A stretch of 50,783 nucleotides of DNA, taken from NCBI GenBank assembly GCA_002634385.1, contig NSJL01000027.1:1-50783 (forward strand), in the 5' to 3' direction. Positions 1-8,397 of this stretch are shown here, one piece after another. Positions within the stretch are counted from its first letter, which is position 1, and each line of letters opens with the position of its first letter. Source of the DNA: Nitrospira sp. GTDB lineage: Bacteria > Nitrospirota > Thermodesulfovibrionia > Thermodesulfovibrionales > Dissulfurispiraceae. The notes under the pieces are model-generated. The model ran no database searches. It worked only from the letters and a program-made list of their open reading frames with translations, and had not been told where the DNA came from. The position numbers and the translations under genes are program-made.

Positions 1-298
1 GATACGTCCGGAAAGCCTGCCTGAAAATCGTTGGCTCGTTCAAGTCGTTAACAGTGATAAAAGTCATAAACTCCGCTCCAGTGCTGGGTTTGCAGCTAAT
101 AGTCCTAAAATCTGTCGGACACTACTGATTTGCTGTAATTTCAATTAGTAACCCGGCACTTACCCATCGGGAAGTATCATTCCCTCTATTCCGGTCCGAC
201 CTTACCTTCGGGTTTGCGCTGCATTGTTTGCAGGTATTGCATTCATGTCCCTTTAAGGGCACAATTGAAATAGGGGTATACGGAAAAGAGAATACACG

Positions 299-1447
299 AT
301 GAGAAAAACAGTGCCTCTTCTGCTCATTATTCATTTGCTCGTCTTTGCCTGCTCCCAAAAGGTCGGGGGGAAATCCCCGCAGCCGGAGGATGTCTTTCTT
401 CCCGAGGGCGACAGAGTCAGAGTGGCAGTATGGGTGGAGAGCCTCGAAATACCCTGGTCCCTCGTTTTTTTGCCGGATGGGAGGGCACTGGTCAGTGAGA
501 GGCCGGGAAGAATACGGCTGATACAGGAAGGAAAGCTGCGGGAGACGTCCTATGCGGAAATCGATGCAGCGCATACCGGAGAAGCGGGACTCATGGGACT
601 CGCTATCCATCCTGATTTCCCTCGCAAGCCCTATATTTATGCCATGCATACCTTCAGGAAAGATGGCGGCCTCTATAACAAGGTGGTCAGATTGAAGGAC
701 AAAGGAGAGAGAGGGGACATCGACAGAATAGTATTCGATGGAATACCGGGGGCAAGGCTCCATGACGGAGGAAGAATCGCCTTCGGACCGGACGGTATGT
801 TGTATATCACCACCGGGGAGAACTTCAAGGCTGATTTCGCCCAGGACCTTTCCTCACCGGCCGGCAAGATATTGCGAATTACTCCTGAAGGGGAAATTCC
901 CTCCGATAACCCTTTCAGGGGCTCTCCCGTCTACTCTTACGGACATCGCAATCCCCAGGGGATTGCATGGCATCCGCGGACCGGAAAGCTTTTCGCCTCC
1001 GAGCACGGGCCTTCCGGCGAATTCGGCCGGTTCGGCTACGACGAGATCAACATCATCGTCAAAGGCGGCAACTACGGCTGGCCTCGGACCGCCGGAGGGC
1101 CGGGAGAGAAACCCTATGTCGATCCCATACTCGTATGGAAGAAGACGACACCTCCTTCGGGGATCGCCTTTTATCGAGGGAACCTCTTCCCGCACATGAA
1201 AGGAGACCTGTTTGTCTCAACGCTGAGAGGCAGGGCATTGATACGAATACGGCTCGACAGGGCTGCCGGAAGAGTCGAAAGAATCGAGAGGTGGTTTGCA
1301 AGCGACCATGAAACGGGAACGTACGGAAGGCTGCGGGACGTGGTCGAGGGTCCCGACGGCGCGCTCTATTTCCTCACCAACAACAGGGACGGCCGGGGGA
1401 ACCCCCGCCCGGGAGATGATAAAATCTACCGCATTGTTCCGAAATAA
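299..1447 (+). CDS. PQQ-dependent sugar (aldose/sorbosone) dehydrogenase family lipoprotein (YliI-like beta-propeller)
   Basis: 382-aa ORF. N-terminal lipoprotein-type signal peptide (LLLIIHLLVFAC|S). Repeated glucose/sorbosone dehydrogenase-like motifs (SxRPGRI, HxGGRIAFGPDG, YSYGHRNPQG, GNYGWP). Confidence 0.75.
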   Translation: MRKTVPLLLIIHLLVFACSQKVGGKSPQPEDVFLPEGDRVRVAVWVESLEIPWSLVFLPDGRALVSERPGRIRLIQEGKLRETSYAEIDAAHTGEAGLMGLAIHPDFPRKPYIYAMHTFRKDGGLYNKVVRLKDKGERGDIDRIVFDGIPGARLHDGGRIAFGPDGMLYITTGENFKADFAQDLSSPAGKILRITPEGEIPSDNPFRGSPVYSYGHRNPQGIAWHPRTGKLFASEHGPSGEFGRFGYDEINIIVKGGNYGWPRTAGGPGEKPYVDPILVWKKTTPPSGIAFYRGNLFPHMKGDLFVSTLRGRALIRIRLDRAAGRVERIERWFASDHETGTYGRLRDVVEGPDGALYFLTNNRDGRGNPRPGDDKIYRIVPK

Positions 1448-1577
1448 CGGCTTCATTCAGTTTGCCTGCAGACGTCTCCGCCTCTTTCCAGGATATAAGG
1501 CCGATCCCATACCGAAATATTTCGAAGCAAAAATCATTAAAAAGCCCACTACGTTGTATCCCGATCTCATTTAGCTC

Positions 1578-1606
1578 TTGACATGAACCGGAATTCACTG
1601 TTTAAT
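1578..1606 (+). promoter_or_regulatory. Near-consensus sigma-70 promoter (TTGACA-17 nt-TTTAAT) upstream of the selenoprotein gene pair
   Basis: TTGACA at 1578-1583, 17-nt spacer, TTTAAT at 1601-1606, about 55 nt upstream of the ATG at 1662. Confidence 0.45.
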
Positions 1607-1661
1607 ATGAGCAACAGCTCATATGAGCGGCTGCTATTATAAAGACACGGGAGGTGGTAAC

Positions 1662-1868
1662 ATGGCTGAAAAGGTACTTATTTACGGAAAGGCCAGCTGA
1701 CCCTTTACCATGAGGGCAAGGTCTGCCTATGGGGATACTGCAGAGTACTTTGATGTTCTGCGTGACAAGGCCAGATTCAAGGAGATGCTCGCATATACAA
1801 AAGGAGTTTCCCAGGTGCCGGTGATCGTCGAAGGGGAAAAAGTAACCATAGGGTATGGTGGATCGTGA
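1662..1868 (+). CDS. Glutaredoxin/thioredoxin-fold selenoprotein (in-frame TGA 1698-1700 read as selenocysteine: YGKAS-U-PFT redox motif)
   Basis: ATG at 1662 preceded by GGGAGGTGG RBS. Codon 13 is TGA exactly where Grx-like proteins carry the first Cys of the CPYC motif (VLIYGKAS[U]PFTMRARS). Reading continues in frame 56 more codons to TGA at 1866-1868, with C-terminal VPVIVEGEKVTIGYGG Grx-like sequence. An fdhF-like hairpin with apical GGUC lies 19-23 nt after the UGA (GGCA-AGGUC-UGCC at 1715-1727). Confidence 0.6.
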
Positions 1869-1949
1869 GCCGTATGACCGGCCGATAGTTCATCGGCATA
1901 ATGACAGTCCGTTCCCTTTTCAGGGAAAAAGCAGAGGAGGGTTTACCGC

Positions 1950-2162
1950 ATGGGTTTAGAAGAGCGCATCAAGTCCCTTATCGCTGTCGGTGCTTCCGTG
2001 ACCTCAAACTGCCAGGAATGAGTGAAATACCACGCGGGCAGGGCCCGCGAAGCCGGAGTTGACGAACAGGACATCCTGGAAGCGATCGAAGTGGGCAAAT
2101 CCATAAGAACGGGGTCAGCGACCAGAATGGACCAGTTCCTTTCCAAAATGTTCAATACATAG
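1950..2162 (+). CDS. AhpD-like (carboxymuconolactone decarboxylase family) selenoprotein; in-frame TGA 2019-2021 within a C-x-x-U-x-x-x-H motif
   Basis: ATG at 1950 with GAGGAGG RBS. The sequence ...VTSNCQE[U]VKYHAGRA... matches the AhpD-core CxxCxxxH motif, with Sec replacing the second Cys. It continues in frame to TAG at 2160-2162. The perfect hairpin CGCGGGC-AGG-GCCCGCG (2033-2049) starts about 12 nt after the UGA. Confidence 0.6.
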
Positions 2163-2171
2163 GAGAGCCGC

Positions 2172-2217
2172 GAAGTGGAGGGAGGCAGAGCGCATCAACT
2201 CTGTCTTCCTCCACTTC
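2172..2217. terminator. Bidirectional intrinsic terminator-like hairpin between the convergent AhpD-like gene (+) and the Ku/LigD remnant (-)
   Basis: 19-bp stem GAAGTGGAGGGAGGCAGAG / CTCTGTCTTCCTCCACTTC (two mismatches), 8-nt loop, followed by a T-rich tract (tttcttgcctctt). Confidence 0.45.
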
Positions 2218-2236
2218 CCGCAGGGTTTCTTGCCTC

Positions 2237-2880
2237 TTAGACTGCCGCAAACATCTTTTCGAGCAGCACGAGGCACGCGTGCAGATCGGCTCCGGGACCG
2301 AGCACTCCCTTCCACAGGTCTCCCGTTTGTCCCACCCTTTTCATCGTCGTCTTCATGGTAAACCGCATGGGGTCGAGTTCTTCATTGACCTCGTCCCACT
2401 GCAGCGGTGCGCAGACCGGCGCACCTCTCCGGGGCCGTACGGAATACGGGGCAACCATGGTCTGCCCCCTGCGGTTCTGCAGGTAGTCGAGGTACACCTT
2501 GTGATACCGTTTGCAGGGAGTGCGCTCGATGCTGGTGGTGTCGGGCAGCCGGTAATTGACCAGCATGTTCACGATCTTTGCGAACTGCTGCACCTGCAGG
2601 TACTCATACTGCGCATCCAGGGGGACATAGACATGCAGGCCGGTGGCTCCCGAAGTCTTGCAGAAGCTGGCGGCTCCGGCACCTTCCAGGATCTCCCGCG
2701 TGACCGCCGCCGCCACGACGCTGCTGCTGAAATGACTCTCTTCAGTTCTTCGGTGTAGGTATCATGGTACCTCTCGGGAAGGAACACATCATCCAGCGCC
2801 CTCTCCTGCACCGCGTTATACATTTTTACCGGGATATTGATAAGCCCGAAACTGATTGTTCCCGACCAGATCACACGCAT
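2237..2880 (-). pseudogene. Decayed NHEJ remnant: Ku N-terminus (about 27 aa) fused to a partial, frameshifted LigD polymerase (PrimPol) domain
   Basis: Minus-strand ORF 2569..2880 begins MRVIWSGTISFGLINIPVKMY (canonical Ku N-terminus), then diverges. Overlapping ORF 2237..2716 in another frame carries the LigD PolDom hallmark SFCKTSGATGLHVYVPL and the C-terminal PLQWDEV...DPM.FT...DLW motifs. The frames switch near 2700-2720 and the total length is far short of an intact Ku or PolDom. Confidence 0.5.
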
Positions 2881-3268
2881 GGGGCACCTCCTCTCCTCTG
2901 GAGGGTTCTTGATTCAGGCCTGCATCGGCTGCAAGCCACCCGCACCTGTAGTGCCCAATTAAATTGTAGCAGGGCCTCGGGTGATGTCAACGCACCCCCC
3001 GGAAATACGCTCCGTATGGGTATGCACCGGGGACGCTGCCGGAGACGGGCAGCAGAGCGGAAAGTACCTATTGACTGTACACAGGAATGATGATAAAAGA
3101 TGAGTAGGAAGAACGATCTTCAAAAACTGATGTCCAGTGCTCAGAGCCCATCGCAAGGCCGGGAGAGGTGGGACACCCGGTGGTTCAGCCTGTTGCGCCG
3201 ACTGCAGCATGCCGGCGCAATCGAGTTCATTGTTTAAACGATGCGATGCAAGAAAAGGAGGGAGGATC

Positions 3269-3640
3269 ATGACACAGATGCTACGTGCTGCATTGGTAAT
3301 CAGTCTTGTATTCATCCTGTCCGCCTGTGCAAGCATTACGGGAAGGACGGCGGGCCAGTCGATAGATGACGCGAGGATCACCGCCTCCATCAATACCAAG
3401 TTAGTTCAGGAGCCGACCCTTAGTGCGTTCAAGATCGATGTGGACAGCTTTGAGGGCCACGTAACGCTTACCGGTCAGGTCCCGAGCAGAGAGGCGGAGC
3501 AGCGCATGATCTCTTTGGCCAGGGAAACGCAGGGGGTGAAATCAGTTACGAGCAATGTGATTATTCAGCCCCCTCAGTCGCGCACACCCGACAGAGCTCC
3601 CTCCGGTGCCGGCTCGACCCGCGGAGGATCCTCTCAATAA
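3269..3640 (+). CDS. BON-domain lipoprotein (OsmY-like)
   Basis: ATG at 3269 after AAAAGGAGGGAGG RBS. Lipobox LSAC. BON-domain signature (IDDARITASINTKLVQEP...IDVDSFEGHVTLTGQVPS...A..LARETQGVKSVTSNV). Confidence 0.7.
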   Translation: MTQMLRAALVISLVFILSACASITGRTAGQSIDDARITASINTKLVQEPTLSAFKIDVDSFEGHVTLTGQVPSREAEQRMISLARETQGVKSVTSNVIIQPPQSRTPDRAPSGAGSTRGGSSQ

Positions 3641-3698
3641 GGTATTGCTGCGCTTCGACCTTGAGGAGTGCATTCCGCTGTATGATGGATGAAATGAG

Positions 3699-3742
3699 CA
3701 CCCCTCTGCAGGATTCCATATATACTGCAGAGGGGTGTTTAT
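3699..3742. terminator. Intrinsic terminator hairpin shared by the convergent BON gene (+) and the 3828..4586 gene (-)
   Basis: Perfect 13-bp stem CACCCCTCTGCAG / CTGCAGAGGGGTG with a 13-nt loop, followed by TTTAT. Confidence 0.5.
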
Positions 3743-3827
3743 CGGAGGGGAAGACCTCCCCTTGCGCGGACTCCTCGTGGGGCTCTGCTGCGTGGAGAAC
3801 CGCGCACGGCAACCCATGATATTCGTT

Positions 3828-4586
3828 TCAGTCCCTCACTCCTCTGTCCCAATGACCCCTCACGTCTCCACACGCAATCCGGTGCTGTCCATAAAGCAGA
3901 CGGGGATAATCGGGAGGCAGCTCCCTGAGGGCATAAGGGACCCTGTCGAAGCGAACATGTATCCAGGGGCCGTCAAAATGTCTGGAGCGGTACCAGTGGC
4001 CCCGCACGGGACGCCACCAGAAACCATCATAGAATAAAAGCCTCCCTGCGCTATCGGGCACAGCATACACGTAGGTCCCGGGGATCAACACCACCGGAGG
4101 GGGCCCGGGCACCGCATACGGCGGAGGAGTCTCTTCATAGGCAAGGGGAGTCCCGTACCCTCCCCCTGTCCTCACTCCCTCGCACACCTCCCTGACCGTA
4201 TCCCGCACGAGGCGGCCGTTTTCCCATGTCCTTTCATGCACCTTTCTGCACTTCGTGTACCTATCCGGGTAATAAAAAGCGCCCACCGGCTCGGCCCGGT
4301 ACACGCCGCGACCGTTCCCGGTCGTGTATTCCACCGGTCTGTCCGTCCGGGCCGCTTCCTGCGAGCCGCGTACCGAGATATCCGCAAGGGTCGCCCCTGC
4401 TATGGCGCCGAGTCCTGCCCCGATCACCCCTCCGCGCCACGGGTTTTTGTGATCGAGCAGTGCCCCTGCTATGCCGCCGATGAGTCCCCCGGCAGCACCG
4501 CCCTCCCATTGCGGTGTCGCATATGCACTGCCTGCAAGCAAGAGGGAGATCATAGAGATGATTACCGCCTTCTTCCACCGAAACAT
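3828..4586 (-). CDS. Secreted hypothetical protein with N-terminal glycine-zipper region
   Basis: Signal peptide (MFRWKKAVIISMISLLLAGSAYA). Gly-zipper repeats (GGLIGGIAGALL..GGVIGAGLGAIAGA). AAAGGAGGA RBS 7 nt upstream of the ATG at 4586. Pro/Tyr/Trp/Arg-rich C-terminal half with no recognizable domain. Confidence 0.55.
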   Translation of the reverse strand: MFRWKKAVIISMISLLLAGSAYATPQWEGGAAGGLIGGIAGALLDHKNPWRGGVIGAGLGAIAGATLADISVRGSQEAARTDRPVEYTTGNGRGVYRAEPVGAFYYPDRYTKCRKVHERTWENGRLVRDTVREVCEGVRTGGGYGTPLAYEETPPPYAVPGPPPVVLIPGTYVYAVPDSAGRLLFYDGFWWRPVRGHWYRSRHFDGPWIHVRFDRVPYALRELPPDYPRLLYGQHRIACGDVRGHWDRGVRD

Positions 4587-4628
4587 CCTACCATCCTCCT
4601 TTTTCCTGTCTCATTTGAAGATTCTACT

Positions 4629-4859
4629 TCACGTTTCCCGCCGGTTTTGCGTTGGGTTGGTTGCCCTTTTGGCCTTCTTTGCTTTCTTGTGGTGAGAGAC
4701 TTTCTTTCCAGCCGTCTTGCCGTCCGCCTTTTTCTCCTGCACTTGCGAAGTAGAGGGCATCCCGGTTGTCGCCGTTTCGGCTGCAAAAGAGGCGCCCGTC
4801 ATTGCAAACGTAAAAACAAGTGCTGCGATTGAGGCAATGATCTTCTTTTTTTTGTTTTC
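4629..4859 (-). CDS. Hypothetical small lysine-rich protein, possibly secreted; start codon uncertain
   Basis: The open frame encodes a signal-peptide-like segment (KKKKIIASIAALVFTFAMTGASFAAE) followed by a lysine-rich tail (KKAKKAKRATNPTQNRRET). No convincing ATG+RBS is placed upstream of the hydrophobic segment. Confidence 0.2.
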   Translation of the reverse strand, partial: ENKKKKIIASIAALVFTFAMTGASFAAETATTGMPSTSQVQEKKADGKTAGKKVSHHKKAKKAKRATNPTQNRRET

Positions 4860-5442
4860 TCCCGGTTCCTGTTTCTCACTTCCTGCCCTATTTATTGCAT
4901 ACGGCATGCCTGAAGTGCCGGAAGAAAAAAACCCCAGAAAATCAAATGAGCAGAAGAAAAGATGGATAGCAGAAAGGTAAACGCACCGGTCTGATGTTTC
5001 TCTTTTAAGGCAGTTCTTCCTTTTTCGGGGAAAGATGCTGGGCATTGGGGGGCTTCCCCCTTTTCCGTACCGATTGAGTGAAAAACCTTCATTGAGCAGA
5101 CCCCGTGCTGGGTGCTGTGGTGCGGAGAGCTACACACGACACCTATTGATATTCATATCATGTCATAATGATTAGAGAAGTATACTTGTCAGCAAAAAAG
5201 TATTATGTCCCTCTTTTCACGCGGGGATTACCGGAGATTGGGCAGCCGGTCGCAGCAGAAAACAGTTTTCAGACACACCCCAGTTCAGCATGGCACCCTG
5301 CCTATCTGCTCACATGACTTCTCTTTGCTTAATTTCATTTCATTCTAAGAGGATAATCCCATTCCAAACAACCTCCTTCACCACCGGAATATCGAAAGGA
5401 AGGCCGGCATTCTTTGCTATAATGGCTGCATCCATACCTATG

Positions 5443-6468
5443 TCAGGGACGATATTCCCTGGCTGTCTCAAGAAATATCTTAATATTCTCAATGGGAACT
5501 GAATGAGGCAGGTCACAGGCCGGCATTGCCATGTACCCTCCCCCTGATGCAGCACTGGATATACACGCGAGAACAGCATCTCTTACGACTTTGCTGTCCT
5601 TATCCATTAATACTGCTGTCGCGGAGACATTCCCTGCAAGAACACAATTCCCGTGGAAGGCCTCCTTGGCCTTTTTCATGTCCACCATGGCATCAAGGCT
5701 TATGCAATTGGCACCTGAAGTACTTACCAGGTCAAGCCTGTCGCTCATCTCACCGCACATATGCAGCAGGCTTTTTGTGCCGGTCGCTTTCAGCTCCGAA
5801 AAAACGGTTTTCAAGGGCGGCAACCCCAGTTCTCCAAACCGCGCCCTTGAAATAAGACTTGCAGAACTCAACGAATCAGCCATTGAAATCATCTGAATAG
5901 TAGTATCGTCAATTAAGGGTTTATAGAAACGGAGCACCATCTTTGCGGCAAACTCGGCAACGGCCTTCACCAGGTCCTTGTTTTTGTGGATAGCTCTCAT
6001 AAGTTGTTCTATGCCGCAGAGTTGGCCTGCCAAAATGAAAGGGCCCCATGTTGTCGTCGTCACGACATACTTATTCCCCACATTCTTTGAGACGATCCTC
6101 GTTGCCTCTCTGATGTTGTTGAGAACAGGGTCGGTATCTATTCTCGACAGGTCAAGTTTTTCAAGATCAGAGATAGATCCTACTATCGGTTCCACGTCAG
6201 GCGCCCCCACCTTCCTGTAGGTGATGGGCGCCCCCAATGCTGCTACCAAACAGTTATTCAGCCCTGATCCTACATAAACGATATCAGATTGCAGGATGTC
6301 GGCCATTTCTGTTTGAATTTCTGCCATCCGTACGGGATTCCTTACCAACTTTTCCGGCTCTTCGCCGTAGTAACTGTAAGTCCAGACCCCTCCTCCGAAG
6401 ATCGAGGAGGGCATCCTATCGGTCTTCACAAAATCATAGGCCGAGAAAACAATCTCTTTTCCGTTCAT
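5443..6468 (-). CDS. Uroporphyrinogen decarboxylase (URO-D) family methyltransferase, MtaA/MtbA/O-demethylase MT-I-like (divergent paralog)
   Basis: 341 aa from the ATG at 6468 (GGAGGTGAGA RBS). URO-D/MtaA family architecture. Last gene of the long minus-strand cluster. Confidence 0.6.
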   Translation of the reverse strand: MNGKEIVFSAYDFVKTDRMPSSIFGGGVWTYSYYGEEPEKLVRNPVRMAEIQTEMADILQSDIVYVGSGLNNCLVAALGAPITYRKVGAPDVEPIVGSISDLEKLDLSRIDTDPVLNNIREATRIVSKNVGNKYVVTTTTWGPFILAGQLCGIEQLMRAIHKNKDLVKAVAEFAAKMVLRFYKPLIDDTTIQMISMADSLSSASLISRARFGELGLPPLKTVFSELKATGTKSLLHMCGEMSDRLDLVSTSGANCISLDAMVDMKKAKEAFHGNCVLAGNVSATAVLMDKDSKVVRDAVLACISSAASGGGYMAMPACDLPHSVPIENIKIFLETAREYRP

Positions 6469-6519
6469 GGTCTCACCTCCATGCAAGAGTCTTCACATAG
6501 GAAATGCATTCGCGGTTCA

Positions 6520-8205
6520 TTATGCAGCCGGCCCCAGGATAGCCTTGAGGTCTGCATCAGGTGTGGTAATGGCCATTACGTTGAAGTTTTTGATAAGCAC
6601 TCCCAGCACCCCCGGACTTATGAAGGCCGGCAATGACGGACCAATACGGATGCCCTGGATCCCGAGGTGGAAAAGCGAAAGCAGGACGGCCACGGCCTTC
6701 TGCTCGTTCCACGAGAGGACCATGGAAAGGGGGAGATCGTTTACTCCCACGCTAAAGGCCTTTGCAAGGGCGACTGCTATCTGAATAGAAGAGTAGGCGT
6801 CGTTGCACTGGCCTACGTCCAGGAGCCTCGGGATGCCGCCGATATCGCCCAGCTTCTTGTCGAAGAAGCGGAACTTGCCGCATGCCAGAGTCAGCACAAC
6901 GCAGTCCTTGGGCACTTTTTCGACGAAATCAGAGTAATAATGCCTTCCCTTTGTTCCACTGTCGCAGCCGGCAACAAGAAAGAAATGCCGAATACTCTTG
7001 TTCTTCACCGCCTCTATTACCGTGTCGGCAGCACTGAGGATCGCATTCCTTGCCGCACCGGTCAGCACAGAGCCCAGGTCCTCATCTTTCAAAAAGCCGG
7101 GCAGGGAAAGGGCCTTCTTTATAACGGGGGCAAAATCATTCTTTGTGATATACTGTATGCCGGAACTCCCAACAACGCCCGTCGTAAATACCTTGTCTTT
7201 GTAGGAATCGAGGGGCTTCTGGAAGCAGTTGGTGGACAGGACGATAGCTCCGGGAAACTGCTCAAACTCCTTGTTCTGGTTATGCCAGGCTGTCCCGTAA
7301 TGGCCGTAAAAGTGAGCGTATTTCTTCAGGCCGGGATAGCCGTGGGTGGGGAGCATCTCTCCATGCGTGTAGACATATATTCCCTTTCCCTCGCTCTGTT
7401 TGAGTATCTCTTCAAGTTCCTTAAGGTCATGTCCGGAAACGAGAATAGCCTTTCCTTTCTTGCGCCCAAGGGGTACCGTGGTAAAGACGGGATCACCGTA
7501 AGTGCCGGTGTTGCCTTTATCGAGCAACTCCATCGCCCGTATGTTTATTTCTCCGCATTTCAGGGCCAGCCCTACCCAGGCATCCAGGGAGAGATCCTTC
7601 CTGGTCATGGACGCCAGCATTTCGTGGAAAAAGGAATATATGGCGTCGTCGGTCCGTCCCAGGGTCCGGGCATGGCCAGTGTACGCTGCCACGCCTTTTA
7701 AGCCGAACAGCGTAGTACTCCGCAGGGATAGGACGTCAGGGTCCAAAGAATCGGGATTGCCGGGTCGATGTACCTGACCTTGCCAGGGCAGGACGCCATC
7801 ACTCGAAAAGAGGCCAAGGTTTTGAGCCTGCTTGAGCATTCCCTCGCGGCTTTTTTCTGGCAGGAAATTCGCCGGACCCTCCGCAAACGCGGTTTTCAGA
7901 CTCGCGGCCCGCAGCTTTTGTATCAGGCCGTCCTTGAGCTCGGCGCACCTTTTTATACATGAAACAAAAAAGTCAGGGTTGAAATTGACATTTGTAGCCG
8001 TTGAGAAAAGCGCATCCACCGTGTATTCATCCACTTCCCTGTCGGTTATCCCGGCTTTCCTGCCCTCAAGCGCAACCACCGAAAGTCCCTGCAGCGAATA
8101 GACAAGCAGATCCTGAAGATCTGATACTTCCGGAGTTTTTCCGCAGGCCCCGGTCGTCGTGCATCCCGTTCCATTTGCTGCTTTTTCACATTGATAGCAA
8201 AACAT
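6520..8205 (-). CDS. hcp: Hybrid cluster protein / hydroxylamine reductase
   Basis: Starts MFCYQCEKAANGTGCTTTGACGKT (canonical Hcp N-terminal Cys cluster). 561 aa, matching Hcp length. Confidence 0.85.
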   Translation of the reverse strand: MFCYQCEKAANGTGCTTTGACGKTPEVSDLQDLLVYSLQGLSVVALEGRKAGITDREVDEYTVDALFSTATNVNFNPDFFVSCIKRCAELKDGLIQKLRAASLKTAFAEGPANFLPEKSREGMLKQAQNLGLFSSDGVLPWQGQVHRPGNPDSLDPDVLSLRSTTLFGLKGVAAYTGHARTLGRTDDAIYSFFHEMLASMTRKDLSLDAWVGLALKCGEINIRAMELLDKGNTGTYGDPVFTTVPLGRKKGKAILVSGHDLKELEEILKQSEGKGIYVYTHGEMLPTHGYPGLKKYAHFYGHYGTAWHNQNKEFEQFPGAIVLSTNCFQKPLDSYKDKVFTTGVVGSSGIQYITKNDFAPVIKKALSLPGFLKDEDLGSVLTGAARNAILSAADTVIEAVKNKSIRHFFLVAGCDSGTKGRHYYSDFVEKVPKDCVVLTLACGKFRFFDKKLGDIGGIPRLLDVGQCNDAYSSIQIAVALAKAFSVGVNDLPLSMVLSWNEQKAVAVLLSLFHLGIQGIRIGPSLPAFISPGVLGVLIKNFNVMAITTPDADLKAILGPAA

Positions 8206-8397
8206 TTTATTTCCTCCCGATACCCTTTGTTATCTGCAGGCTGAGCAGATTAGGAAAGGGAAAGTTACGCTTTGTACAGTGTGAACATAGTCACTTCAAT
8301 TGAGGTGATTATGCTCACACAGGCTCATTTTTGAGCCTTCACCTTCATTACCTACTGTTGCCGATTCCCTTCGACGCTCGGACCCTTAACGCTTTCC

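Noticed and set aside
2764-3399. ORFs 2764..3090 (+) and 2959..3399 (-) in the region between the Ku/LigD remnant and the BON gene
   Set aside because: There is no RBS, no conserved motif, and they overlap each other. The region is more likely promoter/UTR DNA of the BON lipoprotein gene.
4236-4832. 198-aa + strand ORF and other Arg-rich ORFs across 4170-4830
   Set aside because: They are antisense to or overlap the well-supported secreted Gly-zipper protein gene (3828..4586). The translations are Arg/Pro/Cys-rich with no signal.
6667-7701. 344-aa ORF on the + strand
   Set aside because: It lies entirely antisense to hcp, whose protein is unmistakable (MFCYQCE...). It has no RBS/start context and no recognizable motif. 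It is a typical high-GC antisense open frame.
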